Of a stretch of DNA of 64,000 nt, positions 38,787 through 47,246 are shown piece after piece. The stretch lies in the IMG/VR virus record IMGVR_UViG_3300025141_013434, positions 81,244 through 145,243 of that record, one strand, 5' to 3'. The position numbers were made by a program, and so were the translations under genes. The notes below the pieces were generated by a model. The model was not told the origin of the DNA, did no database searches, and worked only from the letters and a program-made list of their open reading frames with translations. The stretch's first letter is position 1; each line of letters opens with the position of its first letter. Source of the stretch: a virus.

Positions 38787-40973
38787 CTAATTAACATTAT
38801 TATACCTACTTCTTATACTCATTTTACCGCCGCGTTCCAAATATCCCAGTTTAGACCTTGCGAGGTTCCACTTTTGCGCAACTCCAGAAAAAACATCTTT
38901 GCTAGCATTTTTTGTAGCAAGGGTAATATCCAATGGAATCAAATTCGGAGAAGGCCCCGAGAAAGCAGCTGGGCCGGTGTTGATATGTATGTGGGACGCC
39001 AACGCGGTATGGAGCATGATTTGATCAAGTAAGAGCGACTCAACAGTTCCCACGACCATGTCTATAACCTCTGTGAGATCTGTAAGGCATCTTGTTAAGT
39101 TGTTTCCTAATACCATTGGCTGCAAAGCTCTTTGATTGTTGTTCGCAATAATATCCACGCCTCTTATCTTTGTTATCGGACCACCTTGAGAATTAAATTT
39201 ATCTGATCTTGTTACTAATTTAATTCCTTCATTTCCTATTACCCTTACTGCATCAGCTTTTATACCTATTCCGGAACGTGCAACACTTGACCCAACGCGG
39301 CCATCGGTCAGCTTAAAATTTGAATCTATGTCAGTTTTTTGGCTTATGTGAATTCTCGCAGCATCGCATACGTATCCATCCTTTAATGGCTTATTCGGCT
39401 TTGGCCACGAACGAACATTAAACTCGGGATCGGCATATATCTTTTGTCCGTCAGAGACTGTAACAGAACGTGGACCTGGGTTACCTGCATGGCGACCGAC
39501 AACGATATCGATGGCTCCGCACTGGGTATGGCCCTTGCCTCCATAACCGGATATTCTATTGCCAGGGCGATCGACACCCAGAACAATAAATGAGTTGTAT
39601 CTACTTTTCGGTTCAAGAAGCACTTCCGCGTCAGCTTTTGCAAACTCAGGGACAGGATCAACGCGGTGAGTGCACCCCACTCCAGAGTTCAAATTTTTGT
39701 CTCCCTCTGATAAGTTCTTTAATGCTTCTTTTGTTGTTGAATCTGCTCCATCAGTATTAACTGCAGCACGAGCTTGCATTGCCGGCTCGCCAGCGCCGGA
39801 TGCATCTTCTTCCTCTGCAATTAGTTCTTTTTCTTCATCAGGCTCATCCCCAACTTCATGTTCAGACTCTTCAGATAGCCTCATTCCTTCGACTTCTAGC
39901 TCCTCTGGGCATCCATTGTTTTCTAGGAGTTTTTTGAGCATTTGGGCGCGCGCGCATGAAAACGTTTTCCCAGCCTCTCGTTCGGCTGGATCTTCATGGG
40001 AATCTTCACACAGACGCTCCCATTTCTGGATTTCTTCCCTGGTTGGGATACATTTACGAGGAGAGCCATCTGGGCAGGGGCCACTCCAAACACTTGGGGT
40101 AAATCCTTCTCTACAGGGGCCGCCGGCGTTGCCTGCCTGGGGTGGTGATGCCGGATCAGCGTCTTCAGTGAGATTTGCTTGTCCTCCAGAATACGTCGCT
40201 CCGTAAGGGGGGCCATCGTCGGTGACAGACGGGGTAGAGCTTCTGGAATCTCCTCTTCCGAAGCCGGACAAATCAAACCGAGATCCTCGAACTGTTAATA
40301 GATTGTTTGTTAAGTCGTCCAAATTTCGATCTAGGTCTGGATTTGTACTTGGACTATCAGGACTACGACTAGGGACAGAACTATCTCCGAATATCGCTTC
40401 AAAATTTTGTATTTGGCCCGCAGCGAGAAAACTAGCCCTTAATAACTCCTGGTACTGTTGCCATTGAACTGAGTTTTGTTCTATATCTTCTATATTGACT
40501 GGTCTGGACAAATTTCCAGTAAGAGTGACCGGATCAGACAGCGGCTTCTCTTCTAGTGCATATGGTACGTAATTAGGATCCCCGGGCAGTGGCTGACTCT
40601 CTGACCACCGAGAATTTGGAGACTCCCCTGTATTAAGGGGAGAGTCCGGAATCATGGTTGAAGGGTCCCTATCTTGTGCGTATACTGTACCTTCTTTTGC
40701 TATTTTGCCTGTTTTGTCAGTTATATAATTGGTGCTGGATATGACTGTACCGTCTGAGTCTATGCCTTCCAAGGTATACTCTTCATGGTCAGGGTCCGTT
40801 AAATCGAAACCGTACTCTTTCCAGAGAAATTCAAATGCCTTATCTAAAACAGATTTACTTGGAGTTTCGTCAAAAATCTTTTCTCTTTCTAGATTGCCGA
40901 AATCTGCATTTATTACCAAAACTTTTAGCTTTTGGTTTTTGAAATTTTTTATATGAAAAGTTTTTCTACTCAT
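38787..40973 (-). CDS. Probable baseplate central spike (gp5 C-terminal-like) with long acidic N-terminal extension
   Basis: C-terminal beta-rich region (AIDIVVGR, DAARIHISQKTDID, GIGIKADAVRVIG) ending in LASHIH...PSP, an HxH motif typical of spike tips; upstream of gp25/gp6. Confidence 0.55.
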   Translation of the reverse strand: MSRKTFHIKNFKNQKLKVLVINADFGNLEREKIFDETPSKSVLDKAFEFLWKEYGFDLTDPDHEEYTLEGIDSDGTVISSTNYITDKTGKIAKEGTVYAQDRDPSTMIPDSPLNTGESPNSRWSESQPLPGDPNYVPYALEEKPLSDPVTLTGNLSRPVNIEDIEQNSVQWQQYQELLRASFLAAGQIQNFEAIFGDSSVPSRSPDSPSTNPDLDRNLDDLTNNLLTVRGSRFDLSGFGRGDSRSSTPSVTDDGPPYGATYSGGQANLTEDADPASPPQAGNAGGPCREGFTPSVWSGPCPDGSPRKCIPTREEIQKWERLCEDSHEDPAEREAGKTFSCARAQMLKKLLENNGCPEELEVEGMRLSEESEHEVGDEPDEEKELIAEEEDASGAGEPAMQARAAVNTDGADSTTKEALKNLSEGDKNLNSGVGCTHRVDPVPEFAKADAEVLLEPKSRYNSFIVLGVDRPGNRISGYGGKGHTQCGAIDIVVGRHAGNPGPRSVTVSDGQKIYADPEFNVRSWPKPNKPLKDGYVCDAARIHISQKTDIDSNFKLTDGRVGSSVARSGIGIKADAVRVIGNEGIKLVTRSDKFNSQGGPITKIRGVDIIANNNQRALQPMVLGNNLTRCLTDLTEVIDMVVGTVESLLLDQIMLHTALASHIHINTGPAAFSGPSPNLIPLDITLATKNASKDVFSGVAQKWNLARSKLGYLERGGKMSIRSRYNNVN

Positions 40974-40984
40974 ATCAATATCAC

Positions 40985-42451
40985 TTAAGCCAGCTCCGGG
41001 ATATATCTCTGGGGGTCTATTCGCGAGGATTTTGCAATAGCATGCGTAGAATGCAACTGCATATGCAAATGAGGCTTAGAATCAAATATAGCAGTATCCC
41101 CTGTTCTGCCAATAATTTCGCCTTGCTTAACTTCTTGACCTTTTTTTACATATATCACGCTCATGTGCCCATAATAAGATCCCCATTTTTTACCATTATC
41201 GTCCATGTGTGCGATTCGTACCGATGCTCCGCCGATGCCGCCAGCAGATTTATATCCCGCTACGCCGGCCTTTTTAGCATCTCGCCAACGTGAAGAGACA
41301 ATATCACGTCGAAATATCTTTTTTACAAGCTTTTTAAATTGCAACCAGTCCGCAGCTGCGAGGAGTTGTTTCTTTTCGTCTGCAGTAAGGCCCTTTCCGT
41401 GGGCGCGGTCATTTCTAAAAAACTTATTCGAATTTTTGCCCTTTATTGTAAGATTTGCCCAGTCGTCATTGGCAACGGCGTTACGTAAACTCTGGAATTT
41501 TGAACCCGTCATTCTTGCCGTTGCGGACCTAATTATCCCTACTTTTCCTGGTGCGATTGCTCGGAGCGGGGTACCAACCGGAACATTTTGATCTATGGAT
41601 TTGTGACTTGTCTTTCCTCCGCCATGAGCCCGCCTACCTTGGCCGTATGTTGCATGAACCGCAAAGAACCCCTTAATCGGCGCAATCATGGGACATCCAT
41701 CAAAAGTTGGGATATGTGCCTCAAGTTGAACCGATTCAGTGCATACGGGGTCTGGTTCGGGCTGTTGTTGCCATTCATCTGGAATCTCTAGCGTCTCCGC
41801 TCTTGATGAGGCCTCTTCAAAGGGTTTCTGAGCACCAGTCGGCTTCGACGTGCTTCTGGAACTGACCTGGGTAGATGTTTCGTTAACTGGTCCAAGTAGC
41901 CAGCCCCATGATTGTAACTGCTTGTCGACAAATTCGACATACACTTGATTTCCGGCGGTGGGGGTGGCCATGCCCGGAGTAGCGTAAAACCTAGGGTATC
42001 TTATAATTCTAGTATAGTCAGTTGCAACTGATTTTGCTGGATCAGAATCCGGCAGCTCTGTGGGGTCGATTGGAACAGTCAACATTGAGGATGTACCTCC
42101 TGCAACAGGACCGTAAACAACTAATACTTCTGTCAATGTTCCTCCTGCCGCCTCTGCTTGGCTTTCCAGCACTGCTACAACGGAAGGATCTCTGATATCT
42201 TCTTTCGGTACTGTTTCATAGTGCACCACTAGACAAATCCTCTTTCCCCCTATGCCGTCATCAGCTCGGGGTTCGGAATAGTGATCCATGGTCATATTAC
42301 TCATGGCTTCCAAAAGGTCTATGTTGTTGCTAGCGCCGGGACGCATTGATGAAGGCATACCACGAGCAAATGCCGGCGAGACTTGGCCGAATGTCCCATA
42401 GTCTGGCCTTTGAAACTCCCTGAACCTGTCAAACTTGTCATCTTTAGGCAT
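40985..42451 (-). CDS. Tail-associated protein: conserved N-terminal domain plus C-terminal M23 peptidase
   Basis: HKSID (HxxxD), VPVGTPLRAIAPGKV, YGHMS...VKKGQEVKQGEIIGRTGDT...PHLH (HxH). Start moved to ATG 42451 (MPKDD), which matches the paralogue and avoids an 86-nt overlap. Confidence 0.85.
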   Translation of the reverse strand: MPKDDKFDRFREFQRPDYGTFGQVSPAFARGMPSSMRPGASNNIDLLEAMSNMTMDHYSEPRADDGIGGKRICLVVHYETVPKEDIRDPSVVAVLESQAEAAGGTLTEVLVVYGPVAGGTSSMLTVPIDPTELPDSDPAKSVATDYTRIIRYPRFYATPGMATPTAGNQVYVEFVDKQLQSWGWLLGPVNETSTQVSSRSTSKPTGAQKPFEEASSRAETLEIPDEWQQQPEPDPVCTESVQLEAHIPTFDGCPMIAPIKGFFAVHATYGQGRRAHGGGKTSHKSIDQNVPVGTPLRAIAPGKVGIIRSATARMTGSKFQSLRNAVANDDWANLTIKGKNSNKFFRNDRAHGKGLTADEKKQLLAAADWLQFKKLVKKIFRRDIVSSRWRDAKKAGVAGYKSAGGIGGASVRIAHMDDNGKKWGSYYGHMSVIYVKKGQEVKQGEIIGRTGDTAIFDSKPHLHMQLHSTHAIAKSSRIDPQRYIPELA

Positions 42452-43700
42452 TTTATGCCACCCCGCTGATAGCAGGCTTGCTAAACCTGATATGATAATG
42501 ATGATGGTGGCCAGCGACGTGAAACAGCCTTTGGTCACGTATACCCATCAGGGCTATCAGATTGCGATCAAGAAAAATAGAATGAACTGTTCCAGATCTC
42601 AAAAGTTCTTCAGTGAATCTCTTATTTGCCTCTACATGAAAATGTTGTTGATTTGTCTCAACAGCATCAATCATAAAATGGTCTCCGAACCTCTTCGTCC
42701 AAATAAAACCAGTATCTATGTCTAGCCCGTTTTGGTGCGATTTATGGATTACGCCACCACCGCCCTGAGCTTTACAACAAACTCCGCCGTCCTTAAGAGA
42801 AATATCGCCCATATATATGCGGCTTGTTTGATCTGGAAACTCTTTGAAGACGGTGTCCATAGCTTTTATTAGTCCGTTTATTAACACGGGGTTGGCCCAT
42901 TGTCTGGCTTTTCTGGCCCTATGCCATTTGAATAAATCTGGCCTTTGGCCGTGCATATTGACACCGTTTATTAATTGACCATCTCTGTTCCAGCGACCGG
43001 TCGATATGGTTTTATTATTGGGATCGTGTGTGAGATCCCCCACAGTTGTAGGCCTAGTGGTTGGCAGAGGGCTAGAAGGCACATCTTCATGCGCATCTCT
43101 TGCGCTTGGGGGAGTTGGAGAACCGGCCGATCTGGAACTGATTGCACCTGAACCTGCATCCATCATGCTATGAAACCAACCCCATGATTGTAGCTGCTTG
43201 TCAACGAACTCGACCCGACAAAGATGACCGAAGAGCGGAGCTGCCTTGGAAGGAATGGCGTAAAATCTAGGATATCTTATAATTCTAGCATAGTCGTCTG
43301 CTATGGTTTTCGCAGGATCGGTATCCGGCAATTTTTTAGGATCCACGGGCACAGTCAACATTGAAGATGTTCCGCCGGCAACAGGGCCGTAGACGACCAA
43401 CACCTCTGTCAATACCTCTCCTGTCGCTTCTGCTTGGCTCTCCAGCACTGCAACAACGGAAGGATCCCTAATATCCTCTTTTGGTATTGTTTCGAAATGA
43501 GCAACTAGACAGATCCTTTGACCCTTGATCCCATCATCTCCACGTTGTGAGGAGAAATGATCCAGCGCCATGTTTTTTGCTGCTTGCCAAAGATCTATAT
43601 TATTACTAAGGCCCGGGCGAGTAGAGTTAGGTACGCCGCGGTTAAAGGCAGACCTTATTTGTCCAAACGTTCCATAATCTGGTCTTTGAAATTCTTTAAT
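41900..43700 (-). repeat. Diverged duplication of about 520 bp (about 41900-42420 versus 43180-43700)
   Basis: Near-identical peptide blocks EFQRPDYGTFGQ, PKEDIRDPSVVAVLESQAEA, LTEVLVVYGPVAGGTSSMLTVP, RIIRYPRFYA and VEFVDKQLQSWGW. DNA similarity is visible (cccatgattgta(a/g)ctgcttgtc). Confidence 0.9.
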
Positions 43701-43718
43701 CTTTTCATCTATGGACAC
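42453..43718 (-). CDS. Tail-associated protein: same N-terminal domain plus C-terminal MepA-like (M74, LAS family) murein endopeptidase
   Basis: MGDISLKDGG...HKSHQNGLDID and GHHHHYHIRF match MepA motifs; GTG start with GAGGA SD. Confidence 0.8.
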   Translation of the reverse strand: MSIDEKIKEFQRPDYGTFGQIRSAFNRGVPNSTRPGLSNNIDLWQAAKNMALDHFSSQRGDDGIKGQRICLVAHFETIPKEDIRDPSVVAVLESQAEATGEVLTEVLVVYGPVAGGTSSMLTVPVDPKKLPDTDPAKTIADDYARIIRYPRFYAIPSKAAPLFGHLCRVEFVDKQLQSWGWFHSMMDAGSGAISSRSAGSPTPPSARDAHEDVPSSPLPTTRPTTVGDLTHDPNNKTISTGRWNRDGQLINGVNMHGQRPDLFKWHRARKARQWANPVLINGLIKAMDTVFKEFPDQTSRIYMGDISLKDGGVCCKAQGGGGVIHKSHQNGLDIDTGFIWTKRFGDHFMIDAVETNQQHFHVEANKRFTEELLRSGTVHSIFLDRNLIALMGIRDQRLFHVAGHHHHYHIRFSKPAISGVA

Positions 43719-43723
43719 TTCTA

Positions 43724-44017
43724 TTAATCCTCGTCTTTTTTAGACTGGATGATATCAAACAATTCGTCTTTTTCGATATCTGTTATTCCTTTCTCTCCGG
43801 AGGATTGTTTCTGTATCAAGGCAGCAAGCTTTACCAACTGTTCGTTCGACCTTTGTAAAGTCTCTACATATTTTGCTGCAACCATCCCCACTTCTTTATG
43901 ACGATCATCTTGAACTGTCATATACTTTATCAAAGTAACAAGGAGAGCTTTTGTAGCTGCCCTATCTTCTTTGATGTTTTGAGTTGCTTTGTTTATATAA
44001 TCTGTCAGATCTTTCAT
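43724..44017 (-). CDS. Hypothetical helical protein
   Basis: 97 aa, fits the gene packing; coiled-coil-like sequence. Confidence 0.7.
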   Translation of the reverse strand: MKDLTDYINKATQNIKEDRAATKALLVTLIKYMTVQDDRHKEVGMVAAKYVETLQRSNEQLVKLAALIQKQSSGEKGITDIEKDELFDIIQSKKDED

Positions 44018-44037
44018 GTAATAAATAGGGTTTATGT

Positions 44038-44748
44038 TTAAATTCTATTGATACTTTCGTAGTCGCCGCGGTCCCACTTTATCTTAAAAATTCTATATTT
44101 TTGCCGCAACTTATTCAAATTATTGACTATTTGCTTGGTGTTGAGGCCCGTTATTTCTCTCAAATATAGGTAGACCGCTTTTTTGTTAAAAATTTCTATC
44201 TCTTCTGCGTTCGTAAGAAGAATCTTTATTGCTTCAATCACTTTTCTTTCGTTGACTTTTAAGTCTGCGCCTTCCCAACGATCGATCTCTGACATTAATG
44301 ACATCCAGAATTCCTTATACTCTCTCTTTTCTACATAACTCTCTTCGTTTGTCACCAGATCTTCATGAATTGCCTCTTTTACCAGATCATCATAACTAAC
44401 TTCTCTTTTTGTTTGAGTCGAGTTCTTTTTTAATTTATGTATAAACCAATGTTTTGTCACAACGCTAAAATATGAGAAAGCTTTAGATCCCTTATTAGGA
44501 TCGTATTTGTCCAAAATTGTTGTCAGCCAAATTTTACATTCGTCTTTTAGTGGGTCTATGTTCGGCAGAGATGTGAATTTATAAGTGTAAGTTATTTTTT
44601 CAACCATTTCGTGAAAAGCCGGTTGTATGTAATCTACATATAATTCTGTTCTCTTTATATTACATTCAGTATTTGTATAATCTATGATTGCGTTTTCATG
44701 AACCTTTGTAAAATAATGATTCTTATTCCGCTTCCGTCTCTTCTTCAA
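44038..44748 (-). CDS. Phage sigma factor, T4 gp55-like (late transcription)
   Basis: HYF...; LDKYDPNKGSKAFSYFSVVTKHWFI matches the sigma region 2 motif of gp55-like proteins; C-terminal HTH-like LREITGLNTKQIVNNLNKLR. Start TTG 44748 with GAGGAGG 6 nt upstream. Confidence 0.75.
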   Translation of the reverse strand: MKKRRKRNKNHYFTKVHENAIIDYTNTECNIKRTELYVDYIQPAFHEMVEKITYTYKFTSLPNIDPLKDECKIWLTTILDKYDPNKGSKAFSYFSVVTKHWFIHKLKKNSTQTKREVSYDDLVKEAIHEDLVTNEESYVEKREYKEFWMSLMSEIDRWEGADLKVNERKVIEAIKILLTNAEEIEIFNKKAVYLYLREITGLNTKQIVNNLNKLRQKYRIFKIKWDRGDYESINRI

Positions 44749-45064
44749 TGAGTGCCTCCTCTTGTTCTGGTGAGTCGTATTCATCGAAATCAACGACCAG
44801 TTCGTAAATGTTTTCATATTTTTCCAGTTCATTAGAAAGATCTCTGGAGTGATCCAACAAGCTTTTTAATGTTTCATCTCCATAAAACGTTTCTAATTCA
44901 TAAATTGAATCCAGATGTTCTCGGAAAGACTTTATCTCTTCTTGAATTGAACTTAAGTTACTTGATATTACATATATCCTTTTGGCTGCAGCCACAGAAT
45001 AAAACCCTAGAGCAACATTTACAATTATTGAAATAAGTAATATAGTACTAAGAATAAATGTCAT
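44723..45064 (-). CDS. Small membrane-anchored coiled-coil protein
   Basis: N-terminal hydrophobic helix FILSTILLISIIVNVALGFY; acidic tail. Confidence 0.7.
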   Translation of the reverse strand: MTFILSTILLISIIVNVALGFYSVAAAKRIYVISSNLSSIQEEIKSFREHLDSIYELETFYGDETLKSLLDHSRDLSNELEKYENIYELVVDFDEYDSPEQEEALIEEETEAE

Positions 45065-45312
45065 TTGTACTCCTGATTTTTTAAGATCCTCTTTTCTTCT
45101 TTTAAATCTTTTTTAGAATTCTTTATAAATTCTTTAACCACCTTTCCAGGTGCTTGCGAATCAATAAATTTAAAATTACCTATCATGCTTGGTACTTTCT
45201 CTACAGAACCAGAAGCCTCGCAGAGATCGCACACCTCACACACCTCACTCATTAAATGAAAAGTATCGAAAGTCTTCTCGCACTTCTTACAATGGTACGA
45301 ATATATTGGCAT
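45061..45312 (-). CDS. FmdB-family zinc-ribbon protein
   Basis: MPIYSYHCKKCEKTFD...CDLC; start at MPIY (45312). Confidence 0.8.
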   Translation of the reverse strand: MPIYSYHCKKCEKTFDTFHLMSEVCEVCDLCEASGSVEKVPSMIGNFKFIDSQAPGKVVKEFIKNSKKDLKEEKRILKNQEYK

Positions 45313-45317
45313 AAATG

Positions 45318-45542
45318 TCAATCGCTGCCAACTGTAGAGTTTGTATCGAAATCATCGTCAGTTTCTGGCTCTCCTTCAAAGGCACCCGCATGCACGATCG
45401 GAGGGTTTGATACTACAAGCTCTTCCTCTTTATTCGCTTCAAAGTCGAAGCCTTTTAAAACCGGGACTATGTCGGTCTGTTCCATTAAGCTTTTTTGAAG
45501 CGCCAACATCACCGCTCCTAATGCTTGGTTTGAAAGTTTCAT
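45318..45542 (-). CDS. Hypothetical protein
   Basis: 74 aa, AGGAG SD upstream, in operon. Confidence 0.65.
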   Translation of the reverse strand: MKLSNQALGAVMLALQKSLMEQTDIVPVLKGFDFEANKEEELVVSNPPIVHAGAFEGEPETDDDFDTNSTVGSD

Positions 45543-45544
45543 AA

Positions 45545-46411
45545 TTATTCTCCTTCTGTTTCTTCCACTACTGCGCGGCCTTTAAGATTTTCCCAATCTT
45601 TTTCTGGCCGAACCTGCAAATTTGTTTGCCACGCGCCTTTTATCACGTTTGCTTGAATATCCAAAGATTCTGAAAAGTTAATAAACGCGTTTATATCTTT
45701 TGGAAAACAACTTCCTCCAAAGCCCCATTTACCATCAGGGCCTGGAACATTTAAATGTGAATCTCCGACTCGGCCGTCTGCAGCAAAGCCAGCAAGAGCA
45801 GCGTCCCAATTAACTCCTGCTTTTTCTGAAATTAGTTTCATTTCGTTCGCGAAAGCGACCTTTACTGAGAAAAAGACATTATTAAAATATTTTACGAACT
45901 CTGCTGTAGTACTATCCATCTCCATAATATTACAATGCTTGAATCTGAGTCTATAAAGTTCTGCTACTTTTTGGGTATGTTCTTTTAATCCGCCCAAAAC
46001 AATTCTCGATTGATTCAAGAAGTCATATTTTGCATGCCTCTCTGTTAAAAATTCCGGATTGAAAACAATATTTAGATCTGGGAATTCTTGAGCAAAAGAC
46101 TCGGTGGTACCCGGAATAACCGTAGATTTAATAATCACAATGTTATCTTTTCTTGAGTTTACTCTGCTTATATCTTGTAAAACAGACCTAACAATTCCTA
46201 AACTTATTGAACCGTCCCTGTTCATTGGCGTTGGTACCGAAACGAATACTACGTCTGATCTGTTAACAGTCTCTTCTAGAGAGTTCATGCTTCGGAGTGG
46301 GTCTTTGTCATGCACGAATATTGGCAAGACTGGTACGAAACCAAATCCTATTGCTTGGCCCACAAATCCGTTTCCAACAACTCCTACGGCCTTAATTTCA
46401 CTCATTTGCAA
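45545..46411 (-). CDS. UDP-glucose/GDP-mannose dehydrogenase family protein (short, lacks C-terminal domain)
   Basis: GNGFVG, VSVPTP, IKSTVIPGTT, FNPEFL, AEFVKY, GFGGSCFPKD. Confidence 0.9.
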   Translation of the reverse strand: MQMSEIKAVGVVGNGFVGQAIGFGFVPVLPIFVHDKDPLRSMNSLEETVNRSDVVFVSVPTPMNRDGSISLGIVRSVLQDISRVNSRKDNIVIIKSTVIPGTTESFAQEFPDLNIVFNPEFLTERHAKYDFLNQSRIVLGGLKEHTQKVAELYRLRFKHCNIMEMDSTTAEFVKYFNNVFFSVKVAFANEMKLISEKAGVNWDAALAGFAADGRVGDSHLNVPGPDGKWGFGGSCFPKDINAFINFSESLDIQANVIKGAWQTNLQVRPEKDWENLKGRAVVEETEGE

Positions 46412-47246
46412 ACTCCAAAAAACACTCTTTTATTCCAGTTGTTATATTTATTTTCGGACTCCACCCGAGGGCCTTGAGGGGTTGTATATTGGCCCTCGTC
46501 AGCAAAACATCACCCGGGCGGGGGTCGACATATTCAAAATCCAAATCCGGGGCAGCCTCTAAAACAAGATCTTTCATCTCATTAAGAGATATATTCTTTC
46601 CTGTCCCGACGTCAAAAACTTGGCCATGCAATTTATCGTTCTTTATATTGTCTAAGCAAAAGATGTTAGCGGATACAACATCTTTAACATGAGCCATGTC
46701 TCTCCTTTGTTCTCCATCACCAGTTATGAAAGGAGTTTCTCCGCGTTTGATAAAACTTCTCCAATTAGCAACACAAGTTGCATATGGGCCATCGGCCTTT
46801 TGATCTTTAGAATATACATTGAAATATCGCAAAGAAACTGTCCTAACTCCATAAAGCTCCCAATACAAAACAGTTTCAAGCTCGGCAGCAAACTTCGACA
46901 AAGCATATGGATTCGTCGGGCCATTGCCATTTCCGATCACAGAAGATGAACTAGAATACACGACCATTGCGTCAACATTCTTAGCAAACTCTAGAATAAT
47001 AGAAGTAGTATGTACATTATTGTACATCACTGCTTTCGGATATTTCACACTATAGGCAACTCTGGGAATTGCTGCTAAATGAAAAATTACCTCAGGATCA
47101 AATTCATAATGTTTCAGCCCTATATCTGTTAGTATGTCTTCTTCTTCTTTGAGATCTATACCCATAACTTCGTGACCTAAGTCCTGAAGCTCCTGAAACA
47201 AGTGCGATCCAATGTACCCTTTATGGCCTGTTACCAAAACTCTCAT
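46398..47246 (-). CDS. NAD-dependent nucleotide-sugar epimerase/dehydratase
   Basis: TGHKGYIG, FHLAA, YALSK (YxxxK), LRYFNVY, GDGEQRRD, RPGD. Confidence 0.9.
   Translation of the reverse strand: MRVLVTGHKGYIGSHLFQELQDLGHEVMGIDLKEEEDILTDIGLKHYEFDPEVIFHLAAIPRVAYSVKYPKAVMYNNVHTTSIILEFAKNVDAMVVYSSSSSVIGNGNGPTNPYALSKFAAELETVLYWELYGVRTVSLRYFNVYSKDQKADGPYATCVANWRSFIKRGETPFITGDGEQRRDMAHVKDVVSANIFCLDNIKNDKLHGQVFDVGTGKNISLNEMKDLVLEAAPDLDFEYVDPRPGDVLLTRANIQPLKALGWSPKINITTGIKECFLEFANE

Noticed and set aside
42492-42509. Poly-His run HHHHYH as a separate metal-binding tag
   Set aside because: It is explained by the HxxHxH catalytic motif of MepA/LAS peptidases.
42452-42538. Hydrophobic N-terminal extension (signal-anchor-like) on the M23 protein in the ORF track
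   Set aside because: It overlaps the MepA gene's catalytic C-terminus in another frame; paralogue alignment supports the start at 42451.
41900-43700. Duplication as a DGR template/variable repeat pair
   Set aside because: Both copies are coding N-terminal domains, the differences look largely synonymous rather than adenine-specific, and there is no reverse transcriptase in the window.
28703-43718. Bacterial eCIS/T6SS locus rather than a phage
   Set aside because: A phage-type primase, RuvC, gp47-like nuclease and gp55-like sigma are in the same operon-like array, and no bacterial housekeeping genes are present.
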